Below, one piece after another: positions 37,321-47,121 of a stretch of DNA of 59,594 nucleotides. The notes below the pieces were generated by a model, which saw only the letters and a list, made by a program, of their open reading frames with translations, had not been told where the DNA came from and ran no database searches. Every line of letters starts with the position of its first letter. Within the stretch, counting starts at the first letter, position 1. Position numbers and translations under genes: made by a program. Location: positions 1 to 59,594 of the forward strand of contig CAYSFS010000001.1 in assembly GCA_964430235.1 (NCBI GenBank), given 5' to 3'. This DNA comes from an uncultured Chitinophaga sp. Its GTDB lineage: Bacteria > Planctomycetota > Phycisphaerae > Phycisphaerales > SM1A02.

Positions 37321-38853
37321 TCACGGCCGCGGCGTCGCGCCTGCGGGCACCGTCACCTCCCACAGCGTGGTCGTGCCGCTCATCTCGTTGCACACGACCA
37401 GCATCGGGCGGCCGTTCGGGCTCACGCCCGCCGGAAGGAAGAGCAGTCCTTCCGGCCCAAGGTCCCCGGCCGCGGCGAGGGCCTTCCGTGGGTCGACCGA
37501 GGGGTCGCGCCGGTGCACGCATCCGAGCGGCGTGGGCGCGCGAGGATCCGTGACGTCCCACGCCATGATGCCTCCGGTGCGCTCGAGGCCGCAGAAGAGG
37601 AGCCGGCGTCCCGCGACCTCGCCGACCGCGAGCCCCTCGGGCTCGGGGCCGCGCGCGGTGCTGCGAGCGTCTGAGGCCATGGCGACCGCGGGCGCCTCGC
37701 GTGCCACGGTGCGCTCGACCTGGTCGCCCGAATCCCACGCGAGCGCGATGCCGTCGCCCCGGAGTTCCCAGATCGAGACGCCGCGCCCGCCGAAGGCGAC
37801 CAGGCGCTCCGCGACGCCGTCGCCGTCGCGATCGCTCGCGGGACGGCTGACGGTGAGCGCGCCGAGCGCCGTGGCGTCCTTCGCGTTCGCGCCGGTGCCC
37901 GCGACTTCGGCGCATCGTGCGGCGAGATCGGGGGAGAGCGCGAGGTCGGCGACCTTCGCGCGCTCGTCGAACGAGGGTCCCTCGCGCCACTCGCCCTCCT
38001 CGCTCACCGCGAACCACGTCGTGGCGCCGTCACTCCACGAAACCACGGTGTCCGGCTGGCGCAGCGCGAGCACCGGCCACGGCCGGGGCGCGCTTGCCTT
38101 GTCGGCCGCGCTCGCGTCGAGCGCCGACCGCGAGAAGTCCTTGAGGCCCAGCGCGTGCACGCGCCGTGCGGTGGCCGTGTCGAGGTCGACGATCGCGACC
38201 GCGTTCGCCTCCTGGAGGCCGACGATCGCGGTGCGGCCGTCCGGCGCGATCGACACGTACTCGGGCTCGAGCTGCCGCCGCACGGAGGCGCCCGGCACGG
38301 GAAGGTGCGCGCCGGCCGCCGTGAGGTCGGCGCGGCGATCATCGAACGCGTCGAAGCGCGCCGTCCGCACCGCAGCCTTCAAGGGTCCCTCACGCAGGTC
38401 GATGATGCTCACGGAGCCTTCCGGATCCCCCGTGGCGGACATCTCGCCCTCGTTGGCCACCACGAGCCGCGCGCCGTCCTGCGTGAACGTGCACATGTCG
38501 GGCCCATGGCCTACCTCCACCGCGGCGACGGTCGTGCCGTCGGGGCGAAGGAATCGCACGTGACCAGGTCCACCTTCCTTGCCCGGCACCGCGACGGCGA
38601 CGAGGTCGCCGTTCACCGCGACCGAGGTCGGTGCCGGCATCGCGTGGGTGGCGACGCGCACCGGCTTCGCGGGGTCGCGGATGTCGATCACGTCGATTCC
38701 CGCGGCGCCGTTCACCACCCACAGCGAGCGCGACGGGGCGTGGTACGCGGCGATCTCGCTGGCGCTGCGGTCGTGCAGCCCGGTCGCATGGGTGCCGAGG
38801 TGGCGCAACGGCGGGTCCGCCGCGAGCATGAACATGGCCAAGGGCTCGATCAT
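37321..38853 (-). CDS. choice-of-anchor-I-like beta-propeller protein
   Basis: ATG 38853 starts a 510-aa frame. Motifs seen include SEIAAYHAPSRSLWVVNG..GIDVIDIRDP, PDMCTFTQDG, EPEYVSIAPDG, PEPEGL and a C-terminal VVCNEMSGTTTLWEV. The family call is by eye, and the signal peptide is weak or absent at the chosen start. Confidence 0.6.
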   Translation of the reverse strand: MIEPLAMFMLAADPPLRHLGTHATGLHDRSASEIAAYHAPSRSLWVVNGAAGIDVIDIRDPAKPVRVATHAMPAPTSVAVNGDLVAVAVPGKEGGPGHVRFLRPDGTTVAAVEVGHGPDMCTFTQDGARLVVANEGEMSATGDPEGSVSIIDLREGPLKAAVRTARFDAFDDRRADLTAAGAHLPVPGASVRRQLEPEYVSIAPDGRTAIVGLQEANAVAIVDLDTATARRVHALGLKDFSRSALDASAADKASAPRPWPVLALRQPDTVVSWSDGATTWFAVSEEGEWREGPSFDERAKVADLALSPDLAARCAEVAGTGANAKDATALGALTVSRPASDRDGDGVAERLVAFGGRGVSIWELRGDGIALAWDSGDQVERTVAREAPAVAMASDARSTARGPEPEGLAVGEVAGRRLLFCGLERTGGIMAWDVTDPRAPTPLGCVHRRDPSVDPRKALAAAGDLGPEGLLFLPAGVSPNGRPMLVVCNEMSGTTTLWEVTVPAGATPRP

Positions 38854-38888
38854 GGCGGTATGGTCCCCGGGCGCGCGCCGAAACGGGT

Positions 38889-39776
38889 TTGCGAACGCGC
38901 CCTGAACGCATTCTGAACTCCATGCAGCCGGTCCTGATCCACGACCCGAACGACCCGCGGCTCGAGCCGTACCGTTCGGTGCGTGACCGCGACGCGCTCG
39001 GCGCGGACGGGCGGCCCGGGCTCTTCGTCGGGGAGAGCCCGTTGGTGATCGAGGCGATGCTGCGCGCGCCGGTCGAGACGCTCTCGGTGCTCGCGAGCGA
39101 GCGCCAGCGCGACCGCGCGGTGGCGCTGGTGCGGGCGGCCGCGCCCTGCCGCGCGGGCCGCGCGGATCCCGAGATCCTGCTCGCGGCCGACGACGTGCTC
39201 GACTCGGTGGTCGGGTTCGCGATCCACCGCGGGTTCCTCGCGGTGGGCCGCCGGCCGCCCGAGCGATCCGTGCGCGAGGCGGTGCCGGCATCGGGCGACG
39301 CGCTCGTGCTCGTCGTCGAGGAAGTCAACAACATCGACAACATCGGGCAGCTCTTCCGCAACGCCGCGGCCTTCGGGTGCGCGTGCGTGCTGCTCTCGCC
39401 CTCGTGCCATGATCCGCTGTACCGCAAGAGCCTTCGCGTGAGCTGCGGGCATGCGCTGCGGGTGCCGTTCGCGCGCAGCGCGGACTGGGCCGCGGACCTC
39501 GCCTGGCTGCGCGACGACGCGGGGTTCGCGGTGGTGGGCGCCACGGGACGCGGGGCATGCACGTTGGCCGAGGCGGCGCGGTCGCTCGGTGGACGCACGC
39601 CGCGGCGCATCGCCGTGCTGGTGGGCGCGGAGTTCGCGGGCCTCGGCGACGCCGCCTTGGCCGCATGCACGCATCGCGCGCGGATTCCGATGGCCGAAGG
39701 CGTGGATTCGCTGAACGTCGGGGTGGCGGCCGGCGTATTCCTGGCACGGCTCGCCGAGCGCCCGCACGCGGGATGA
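38889..39776 (+). CDS. TrmH/SpoU family RNA 2'-O-methyltransferase
   Basis: SpoU motifs are present: VVEEVNNIDNIGQLFRNAAAFG and IPMAEGVDSLNVGVAAGVFL. An alternative start is at 38922. Confidence 0.85.
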   Translation: MRTRPERILNSMQPVLIHDPNDPRLEPYRSVRDRDALGADGRPGLFVGESPLVIEAMLRAPVETLSVLASERQRDRAVALVRAAAPCRAGRADPEILLAADDVLDSVVGFAIHRGFLAVGRRPPERSVREAVPASGDALVLVVEEVNNIDNIGQLFRNAAAFGCACVLLSPSCHDPLYRKSLRVSCGHALRVPFARSADWAADLAWLRDDAGFAVVGATGRGACTLAEAARSLGGRTPRRIAVLVGAEFAGLGDAALAACTHRARIPMAEGVDSLNVGVAAGVFLARLAERPHAG

Positions 39777-39875
39777 CCGGCCGCCTCGGAAGGGGCGTCG
39801 TGGGCCCTGATAACGAGATTTTCGATCCCGACCGGTTTTTCGCGAACCGCGGCGGCGGGAGGTCGTACGCACGGC

Positions 39876-41051
39876 ATGCACCCCTGGCTCTCACGGTCCA
39901 TCGTGGCGTGCGTCCTCGCCTCCTCGTCCGCTGTGTGGGCGGACGGCCTGCCGTCCGGTTCAGGGCAGACGCTGCCCCCGGACGTGCAGGAGGCGGTGAG
40001 CCACGCCAGGAACCTCTCGCGCGCCTTCCGTGCCGTCGCCAAGCATGCGGCACCCTCGGTGGTCTCAATCGAGGTGGTCCCGCAGGCCACGCCCGGCGTG
40101 GTCCGCATGCGCGGCATGGGGCCGTTGCAGGTGGTGCCGATGCAGGTCCCGCAGGGCATGGGCACCGGCTTCGTCGTGAGCGACGAGGGCCACGTCGTCA
40201 CGAACAACCACGTCGTCCGCATGGGAGGCCGCATCCGCGTGAAGTTGCACGACGGCCGCGAGTCCGATGCCCGGCTCGTCGGGTCCGACGCCGAGACCGA
40301 CCTCGCCGTGCTGAAGGTCGACCTTCCCGACCTGGTGCCGATCGCGTTCGGCGACAGCGACGCGGCCGAGGTCGGCGACTGGGTGATCGCCCTCGGTGCG
40401 CCGTTCGGCCTGCGAGACACCGTCACGGCCGGCATCATCAGCGCGAAGGGCCGTGAGGTGGGGCTCAGCCCGCTCGAGAGCTACCTGCAGACCGACGCCA
40501 CGATCAACCCCGGAAACTCGGGCGGCCCGCTCGTCGACATGGACGGGCGCGTGGTCGGCATCAACACCGCCATCGAGAGCCGCAGCGGAGGCTCGGACGG
40601 CATCGGCTTCGCGATTCCCGCCACCCTGGCCCGGGACGTCGTCGACTCGATCATCGCCGGTAGCGCGCCGGCGCGCGGGTTCCTCGGGGTGCAGATGCAG
40701 CCCGTGGCCGTGCGCCGCGCCTCCGGCACGGTCGCCGACGGCGGCGTGATGGTCGCGTCCGTGGTCGAGGATGGCCCCGCGGCCCGCGCGGGCATCGAGC
40801 CGGGCGACGTGATCGTCAAGGTGAACGGGACCGAGACCCCCGACATGCGGCGCGTGATGCGCCAGATCCGCCTGTGCAAGCCCGGCACCGAGTGCGTCGT
40901 CGAGGTGATGCGGGACGGCGAGGCGCTCGAGGTGAAGGCCATGCTCGAGGACGCGCCGCGCGCGGTCGCTGCGGCCGGTTCGTCCATGGCCCCGCGGCCC
41001 GCCCCTGCGGCGCCTCGCATCACCGTTCCCGACCGCCTTCGGCAGCAGTGA
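39876..41051 (+). CDS. HtrA/DegP family serine protease with PDZ domain
   Basis: The protein has a signal peptide. Catalytic triad contexts are present (GTGFVVSDEGHVVTNNHVV and TDATINPGNSGGPLV), and the C-terminus is PDZ-like. Confidence 0.92.
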   Translation: MHPWLSRSIVACVLASSSAVWADGLPSGSGQTLPPDVQEAVSHARNLSRAFRAVAKHAAPSVVSIEVVPQATPGVVRMRGMGPLQVVPMQVPQGMGTGFVVSDEGHVVTNNHVVRMGGRIRVKLHDGRESDARLVGSDAETDLAVLKVDLPDLVPIAFGDSDAAEVGDWVIALGAPFGLRDTVTAGIISAKGREVGLSPLESYLQTDATINPGNSGGPLVDMDGRVVGINTAIESRSGGSDGIGFAIPATLARDVVDSIIAGSAPARGFLGVQMQPVAVRRASGTVADGGVMVASVVEDGPAARAGIEPGDVIVKVNGTETPDMRRVMRQIRLCKPGTECVVEVMRDGEALEVKAMLEDAPRAVAAAGSSMAPRPAPAAPRITVPDRLRQQ

Positions 41052-41158
41052 CCGTCGCGGCCGTTCCGCGACCCCCGGCCCAAGCCCCCACGACCCCGGT
41101 CCGTGCCGCGAAGCGGCCGGGCCGGGTGTGCTTGCGGACCTACGATGCGCCGTTCCCG

Positions 41159-42298
41159 ATGCGGCACGCCCACGTCCCGGCCACCCTCGACGTCCCGTTC
41201 TCGGTGCCTTTCCGGCACCGGGTGACGTTCACGCGCGGCGCGCTCGACGCAGGCAACCCGTCGCTCGCCGACGCGCTGGCGGGTTCGGCGCGCTGCATCG
41301 CGTTCGTCGACGAGGGCGTTGCGGCAGCGCATCCGGAGCTCGGCGCGCGCCTGGCGGCGTACCTGCGCGCGCGCGACGGCATGCCCGAGCTCGCGTGCGT
41401 CGAGACGGTGCCGGGGGGCGAGCGCTGCAAGCGCTCCATGGACGTGCCCGATCGCGTGGTGCGCGCCGTCGACGCGCACCGGATCGACCGCCAGAGCTGC
41501 GTGATCGCGGTGGGCGGCGGGGCGACGCTCGATGCCGTCGGGTTCGGCGCCGCGATCGCGCACCGCGGGTGCCGCCTGGTGCGGCTGCCGACCACGACGC
41601 TCTCCCAGGATGACGCGGGCATGGCCGTCAAGAACGGCATCAATGCCGGCGGGAAGAAGAACTTCGTCGGCGCGTTCGCCGTTCCCCATGCCGTGGTCTG
41701 CGACGAGGCGCTGCTCGAGTCGTCGCCGGAGTGGAGCTGGATCGGCGGCTTCAGCGAGGCGGTGAAGATCGCGCTCCTGCGCGACCCCGTGCTGTTCGCG
41801 CGGATCGAGCGCGACGCCGCGGCCATCCGCGCGCGCGACATGGCCGCGGCGATGCCGGTCGTCGTGCGCAGCGCCGAGCTGCACTACCGGCACATCGTGC
41901 TCGGGGGCGACCCCTTCGAGGTGCGGAGCGCGCGCCCGCTCGACTTCGGGCACTGGCTGGCGCACCGGCTCGAGGGGATGACGGACAGCGAGCTCCCGCA
42001 CGGCCAGGCCGTGGCGATCGGCGTCGCGGTCGACACGACGTACTCGGTGCATGCGGGGCTGCTCGACGCGTCGTCGGGTGCACGCGTCGTCGCCGTGCTG
42101 CGCGCGCTCGGGCTTCCGACCTCGCATCCCCTGCTCGCCGACCTCGGCGCGGTCGAGGCGGGCCTCGAGGAGTTCCGCGAGCACCTCGGAGGCCGGCTCA
42201 CGATCACGCTCCTGCGGGCGATCGGCGAGGGGACCGACGTCCATGCGATCGACCCGTCGCTCCTGCGCCGCGCGGTGCTCGACGCGGCCTCCACCTAG
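41159..42298 (+). CDS. eboD: 3-dehydroquinate-synthase-like sugar phosphate cyclase (EboD-like)
   Basis: DHQS-superfamily motifs are present: VIAVGGGATLDAVGFGAAIAHRGCRLVRLPTTTLSQDDAGMAVKNGIN and HGQAVAIG. The Ebo assignment comes from clustering with TatD, UbiA and TIM-barrel genes. GTG 41126 is an alternative start. Confidence 0.75.
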   Translation: MRHAHVPATLDVPFSVPFRHRVTFTRGALDAGNPSLADALAGSARCIAFVDEGVAAAHPELGARLAAYLRARDGMPELACVETVPGGERCKRSMDVPDRVVRAVDAHRIDRQSCVIAVGGGATLDAVGFGAAIAHRGCRLVRLPTTTLSQDDAGMAVKNGINAGGKKNFVGAFAVPHAVVCDEALLESSPEWSWIGGFSEAVKIALLRDPVLFARIERDAAAIRARDMAAAMPVVVRSAELHYRHIVLGGDPFEVRSARPLDFGHWLAHRLEGMTDSELPHGQAVAIGVAVDTTYSVHAGLLDASSGARVVAVLRALGLPTSHPLLADLGAVEAGLEEFREHLGGRLTITLLRAIGEGTDVHAIDPSLLRRAVLDAAST

Positions 42299-42308
42299 AC
42301 TTGCGCCC

Positions 42309-42620
42309 ATGGCAGCAGGCGCGAATGGCGGCGGCACGCCGATGACCCGCGCGCAGGTCGTCGACGCGTACTTCATGGAGCACCGTGCGCGGCTGCTCGA
42401 CGTGGCCGCGTTCCTCGACCGCGTCGACCGCGCGGGCGCGGGCGAGGACGACTTCCGGATGCGGGCCTTCCGCGCCGCGGTCGCGATCCTCGGCGACGGC
42501 CGCGCCGACCGCGCCCGCCGCGTGCTCGAGCTCCTGAGCGACCCGTCGTCCGAGCCGGTCGCGAAGGCCGGCATGAAGGGCGCGACCGGCGCGCACGACC
42601 CCGCGAAGGGCGGTGGCTGA
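42309..42620 (+). CDS. small hypothetical protein coupled between eboD-like and eboB-like genes
   Basis: 103-codon frame with strong GC3 bias (MAAGANGGGTPMTRAQVVDAYFMEHRARLLDVAAFLDRVDRAG...). It starts 10 nt after the eboD-like stop, and its stop overlaps the next gene's GTG by 8 nt. I recognise no family. Confidence 0.55.
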   Translation: MAAGANGGGTPMTRAQVVDAYFMEHRARLLDVAAFLDRVDRAGAGEDDFRMRAFRAAVAILGDGRADRARRVLELLSDPSSEPVAKAGMKGATGAHDPAKGGG

Positions 42621-43455
42621 CGTGTACATCGACCCGCACGTGCACATGGTGAGCCGCACGACGGACGACTACGTCCGCATGGCGCGCGCCGGCTGCGTCG
42701 CGATCACCGAGCCCGCCTTCTGGGCCGGCTACGACCGCTCGAGCCCGAAGGGGTTCTTCGACTACTTCCGGCAGCTCACCGAGTCGGAGCCCCGGCGCGC
42801 CGCGCAGTACGGCATCCGCCACCACGCGTGGCTCTGCATCAACCCGAAGGAGGCCGAGGACCCCGTCTTCGCGCGCGAGGTGATCGGGCTGATCCCGGGG
42901 TTCCTCGAGCGCGAGAACGTGCTCGGGATCGGCGAGATCGGGCTCAACAAGAACAGCCGCAACGAGCTCGAGATCCTCGAGGCGCACCTGCAGCTGGCGA
43001 GCGACCACGGGCTCCTGGTGCTGGTGCACACGCCGCACCTCGAGGACAAGCTGAAGGGGACGCGGCTCATCATGGACGCGATCCGCCGGTTCCCCAAGCT
43101 CGACCCTGGCCGCGTCCTCGTCGACCACGTCGAGGAGCACACGGTGGGCCACGTGCTCGACCGCGGGTTCTGGTGCGGCATGACGCTGTACCCGGACACC
43201 AAGTGCACGCCGCAGCGCGCGGTGGACATCATCGAGTGCTGGGGCAGCGAGCGCATCTGGATGAACTCGGCGGGCGACTGGGGGCACAGCGATCCCGTCG
43301 CGGTGCCGAAGGCCCAGATGGAGATGCGCCGCCGCGGCCACCTCGAGTCGCTGGTGCGGCGCGTCACGTTCGAGAACCCCGAGCGGTTCCTCTCGCAGTC
43401 GGGCCGCTTCAGCGCACAGCCCCTGCGCCCGACGGCGCCGGACGTCACGCGATGA
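42613..43455 (+). CDS. eboB: TatD-family metal-dependent hydrolase (EboB-like)
   Basis: GTG start. The N-terminal YIDPHVHM, later GIGEIGLN and LVLVHTP match the TatD/amidohydrolase TIM-barrel pattern. Confidence 0.78.
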   Translation: MADVYIDPHVHMVSRTTDDYVRMARAGCVAITEPAFWAGYDRSSPKGFFDYFRQLTESEPRRAAQYGIRHHAWLCINPKEAEDPVFAREVIGLIPGFLERENVLGIGEIGLNKNSRNELEILEAHLQLASDHGLLVLVHTPHLEDKLKGTRLIMDAIRRFPKLDPGRVLVDHVEEHTVGHVLDRGFWCGMTLYPDTKCTPQRAVDIIECWGSERIWMNSAGDWGHSDPVAVPKAQMEMRRRGHLESLVRRVTFENPERFLSQSGRFSAQPLRPTAPDVTR

Positions 43456-44999
43456 CCGCGCCCGGTGCACCGGCCCCGCACGCGGCGAGCGACGGCGCGC
43501 AGCCGCGGCGCGGGCTGGTGCTCCTGGCGATGACCGGCAGCCTGTCGATGATCTTCATCGACATGACCGTGGTCGGCGTCGCGCTCCCGCGCATCGGCGC
43601 GTCGCTCGGGATGGACGACGTGGGGCAGGCGTGGATCGTGACGAGCTACCTGCTCGCGCTGGCGTCGCTCATGGCGATCGGCGGGCGCGTGGGCGACCTC
43701 GTCGGCAAGGTGCCCGCGTTCGTCGCCGGCGTCGCGGCGTTCGCCGCCGCGAGCGCGGTGTGCGCGTTCGCGCGCGACGGGACGCAGATGATCGCGGGAC
43801 GCGTCCTGCAGGGGGTGGCCGCGTGCCTCATGCAGCCGGCGTCGGGTGCGCTGGTGATCGGCGCGTTCGCGCCGGGCGAGCGGGGCAAGGCGATGGCCGC
43901 GTACGTGGGCATCCCGATGGTGTTCATGGCGCTCGGTCCGGCGGTCGGCGGCCTCATCGTCGAGGGCTGGGGCTGGAAGTGGGTGTTCCTCCTGAACCTG
44001 CCGATCGCCGCGGCCGCCGTCCTGCTCACGCTCGTCGCGCGCCCGCGCGACTCGCGCAGCCCCGACCGCCACATCGACTGGCTCGGCGGCATCCTCCTCA
44101 TGCTGGGGCTGCCACCCCTGGTGTTCGGCATCCAACAGCTGGGCGCCGCGCGCGCGGACGGTTCGCTCCGCTGGGACGATCCCCTCACGCTCGCGGCGCT
44201 CGCTGGGGGCACCGTCGCGCTCGCCGCCTTCGTGCGCCGGCAGTGGAACCACCCGCGTCCGCTGCTGCGGCTGCGCCTCTTCGCCGACCACGCGCTGGCC
44301 GCGGACGCGGTGGTCATCATGTGCATGCAGTTCGCGATGACGGGGCTGGTGGTCGCGGGCTCGCTCTACGCGCAGGACGTGCTCGGGTACTCGCCCACCG
44401 AGGCCGGTGCGTCGCTCCTGCCGATGCTGGCGCCCGTGATCCTGGTGGTGCACGTCGCCGGTCGCTGGTACGACCGCGCGGGCGTGCGCGCGCCCGCGAC
44501 GTGGGGCACCGCGATGGCGAGCGGTGGAATGCTGGTGCAGGCCGCGGGCGCGTGGGCGCAGAGCTACCCCGTGATGGCGGCGGGGATGTTCGTGCTGGGG
44601 CTCGGCATCGCCTTCACGATGAGCCCCACGAACACCGACGCGCTCGGCCGCGTGCCGCATTCCGAGCGCGGACAGGTGTCGGGGCTGGTGCAGACGATGC
44701 GCCAGGTGGGCGGCAGCGTCGGCGTGGCCACGGTGGCCGCGGCGGTCGCGATCTCCATGGGGGCGTTCACGCGCGCCGAGCGGCTCGAGGACCCGGCGTC
44801 CGTGGCGAGGCTTCGGGCGATGCTGCGTTCCGGCGACGCGAACGCGCGCGTGCATGCGTCGTCGGACGCGGACTTCGCGGCCGTGCAACGTGCCTCGGCA
44901 CGTGCCTACGCCGTGGGGTACGGCGTGGCCGCGCTGGGCACGGCGAGCGCGCTCTTCGCGGTGCGCCGCTGGATGAGGCCGGGCAAGCCGGTCACTTGA
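43452..44999 (+). CDS. MFS transporter (DHA2/EmrB-like, about 14 TM segments)
   Basis: ATG 43452 overlaps the eboB-like stop (ATGA). Motifs include MIFIDMTVVGVALPRI and LMAIGGRVGDLVGK, and hydrophobic segments run throughout. Confidence 0.9.
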   Translation: MTAPGAPAPHAASDGAQPRRGLVLLAMTGSLSMIFIDMTVVGVALPRIGASLGMDDVGQAWIVTSYLLALASLMAIGGRVGDLVGKVPAFVAGVAAFAAASAVCAFARDGTQMIAGRVLQGVAACLMQPASGALVIGAFAPGERGKAMAAYVGIPMVFMALGPAVGGLIVEGWGWKWVFLLNLPIAAAAVLLTLVARPRDSRSPDRHIDWLGGILLMLGLPPLVFGIQQLGAARADGSLRWDDPLTLAALAGGTVALAAFVRRQWNHPRPLLRLRLFADHALAADAVVIMCMQFAMTGLVVAGSLYAQDVLGYSPTEAGASLLPMLAPVILVVHVAGRWYDRAGVRAPATWGTAMASGGMLVQAAGAWAQSYPVMAAGMFVLGLGIAFTMSPTNTDALGRVPHSERGQVSGLVQTMRQVGGSVGVATVAAAVAISMGAFTRAERLEDPASVARLRAMLRSGDANARVHASSDADFAAVQRASARAYAVGYGVAALGTASALFAVRRWMRPGKPVT

Positions 45000-47082
45000 C
45001 GGGCGCGGCCTGCACCGGATCGGCCTCGACGCGGATCCGGAACGGGTGCGCGGGCAGCTTGGACGCTTCGTCGACGAGGTTGGCGTCCGCGGGGTTGTCC
45101 TGCCACGCGTAGCGGACCTCGGTCGGGGTGGTCACCTCGGGGCTGCGGACGAAGATCGAGTTCGGCGGCCTGATCTCCGCCTGCGCGATGCGGAACACGC
45201 CGTCCTCGCCGGCGACCGCGATCGCCGCCGGCGCCTTGCCGTCGCGCGTGGCGAGCGTCCCGCGCTCGGCATCGAAGGAGACCACGATCCCGTCGCCCTC
45301 GCGCCTCGCGCTCTTCGGGCGCGGGCCGCGCCACGCCAGGTCCTGGGCGCCGTAGCTCACCGCCCCGGCCCAGCGTGCCAGGCGCTCGCCGACGGAACGC
45401 TTGTCGATCGGGTGGATGTCGTTCGCGTCGCCCACGTCGATCGTCGTGACGACGCCGACGTTCGGGGAGTTCCGCTCGGCCGCCAGCTGGGACTCGCGCA
45501 GGACCGGCCACGTGCCGTGGATCGGCGCGTCCGGCCGGTGCTGCATGAACGACGCCAGGCTGACCACGCCGAAGGGCATGTCGGGCTGCTCGAATGCCGC
45601 GCGCCAGCTCCTGATCACGAGCGGGAGCAGCGTCGCGTAGGCCTCGGCCTCGGCCTCGGATCCCGCGTTGCTCTCGCCTTGGTACCAGATCGCGCCACGG
45701 ACGCCGAACCCCGTGAAGGGCGCGATCATCCCGTTGAAGAGCGCGCCCGGGGACGTGACGGCCGTGCCGGGAGCGGAGTCGCGCACGGGCCGCTCGGGCG
45801 GCTGCGGAAGCCCCTTCGCCTCGCGGCCGAGCCGCATGCGCCACTCGCCGGCGAGCGCGATCGGCGGCTCGGTCGACTCCTTGCACGACAGCTTCATCGC
45901 GGCGGCGTCGCCGCAGAACCCGCCTTCGCCATGCATGTCGAGCACCTGGACGGCGAGCGTCGCCTCGCCGGGCTTCACGAGCTGCGCGGGCACGCGGTAC
46001 CTGCGCGGCGAGGTCCAGTCGGCGATGGTGTTGGCGATCGCACGGCCGTTCCAGAACGCGATGTCCGCGTCGTCGATCGGGCCGAGCTCCAGCGTCAGTT
46101 CCTTGCCGGCCCAGGATTCCGGGATGGTCACCTGGCGGCGGAACCACACGGTGCCGTCGAACCCGCGCAGCTGGGCATCGGCGCTCCACGCCGACGGCAG
46201 CGAGACGGTGCGCCAGTCCTCGCCGTCGGTCACGGTGGCGGGATCGGCCCACTTGCCGGTGATTCCGGGTTCCTCGGCGTTCACCGCGGTCCACCACTGC
46301 GTGCCGGCCGCCTGGAACGCGCGCCGCCGCGCCTCGTAGGCGCGGTCGCGCTCGGCCTGGCCCAGGCGGTGCCATGCATCGACGGCCATGCGCTGGCGCC
46401 CGATGGCCTCGGTGTAGGCGACGTCCGACCCAAGCGTCGCGAGGTCGGCCCACGGCTCGGCGCGCGTGCCGCCCCAGTTGATCGAGAGGATCCCGACCGG
46501 CAGCCCCGTGCGCGCGTGGACGGCGGTCGCGAACCAGAACCCGACCGCCGTCGTCTCGGGCAGCGTCGCCGCGTCGAGCACCTGCCAGCGCGCGTCGATC
46601 GTCTCCGCCGGCCGGTTGGCGGTCACGTGGGGCGCCTTGAGGACGCGGATGGCGCCGTCGAGCGGCACCGACTTCGCGGCCTCGAGCTGCGGCCCCGTCG
46701 CGGCCAGCGGCCACTCCATGTTGCTCTGCCCCCCGGCGACCCACACGTCGCCCACCAGGATGTCACCGACCGTGATCGTGTTCGAGCCCCGGACCTCGAG
46801 GACCAGCGGGTCGTTGCTTCCCTTCAGCGGCTCGAGCGACAGCGCGAAGTGACCCGATTGGTCGGCGGCCGTGCGCCCGCTGCGCATGACGGCTCCCTTG
46901 GAGTCTCGGACCTCGACCGTGATCTCCTCGTGCGTTTGTGCCAGGCCGAACACCCGGACCGGACGGTCGCGCTGGATCACCATGTGGTCGGTGAACGCGG
47001 CGGGAAGCCGGATCTCGGCATGGACGGGAGCGGACGCGGCCAGGGCGACGGCGATCACGAGGGGGGCGCGCATGCTCCGCAT
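44992..47082 (-). CDS. sialate O-acetylesterase-like (SGNH/DUF303) secreted esterase
   Basis: Signal peptide MRSMRAPLVIAVALAASAPVHA. The catalytic block GDVWVAGGQSNMEWPL is present. The remaining ~700 upstream codons of the 1400-aa ORF are read-through. Confidence 0.78.
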   Translation of the reverse strand: MRSMRAPLVIAVALAASAPVHAEIRLPAAFTDHMVIQRDRPVRVFGLAQTHEEITVEVRDSKGAVMRSGRTAADQSGHFALSLEPLKGSNDPLVLEVRGSNTITVGDILVGDVWVAGGQSNMEWPLAATGPQLEAAKSVPLDGAIRVLKAPHVTANRPAETIDARWQVLDAATLPETTAVGFWFATAVHARTGLPVGILSINWGGTRAEPWADLATLGSDVAYTEAIGRQRMAVDAWHRLGQAERDRAYEARRRAFQAAGTQWWTAVNAEEPGITGKWADPATVTDGEDWRTVSLPSAWSADAQLRGFDGTVWFRRQVTIPESWAGKELTLELGPIDDADIAFWNGRAIANTIADWTSPRRYRVPAQLVKPGEATLAVQVLDMHGEGGFCGDAAAMKLSCKESTEPPIALAGEWRMRLGREAKGLPQPPERPVRDSAPGTAVTSPGALFNGMIAPFTGFGVRGAIWYQGESNAGSEAEAEAYATLLPLVIRSWRAAFEQPDMPFGVVSLASFMQHRPDAPIHGTWPVLRESQLAAERNSPNVGVVTTIDVGDANDIHPIDKRSVGERLARWAGAVSYGAQDLAWRGPRPKSARREGDGIVVSFDAERGTLATRDGKAPAAIAVAGEDGVFRIAQAEIRPPNSIFVRSPEVTTPTEVRYAWQDNPADANLVDEASKLPAHPFRIRVEADPVQAAPVK

Positions 47083-47121
47083 GATGCCCGCGGGAGGCGC
47101 CGCATGCAATATCGTCCGCGC

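Noticed and set aside
37321-38853. The choice-of-anchor-I-like gene as the missing phosphatase-type eboF
   Set aside because: It is on the opposite strand and separated from the ebo-like genes by unrelated trmH and htrA. It looks like a propeller-type surface protein rather than a nucleotide pyrophosphatase/phosphodiesterase-type enzyme.
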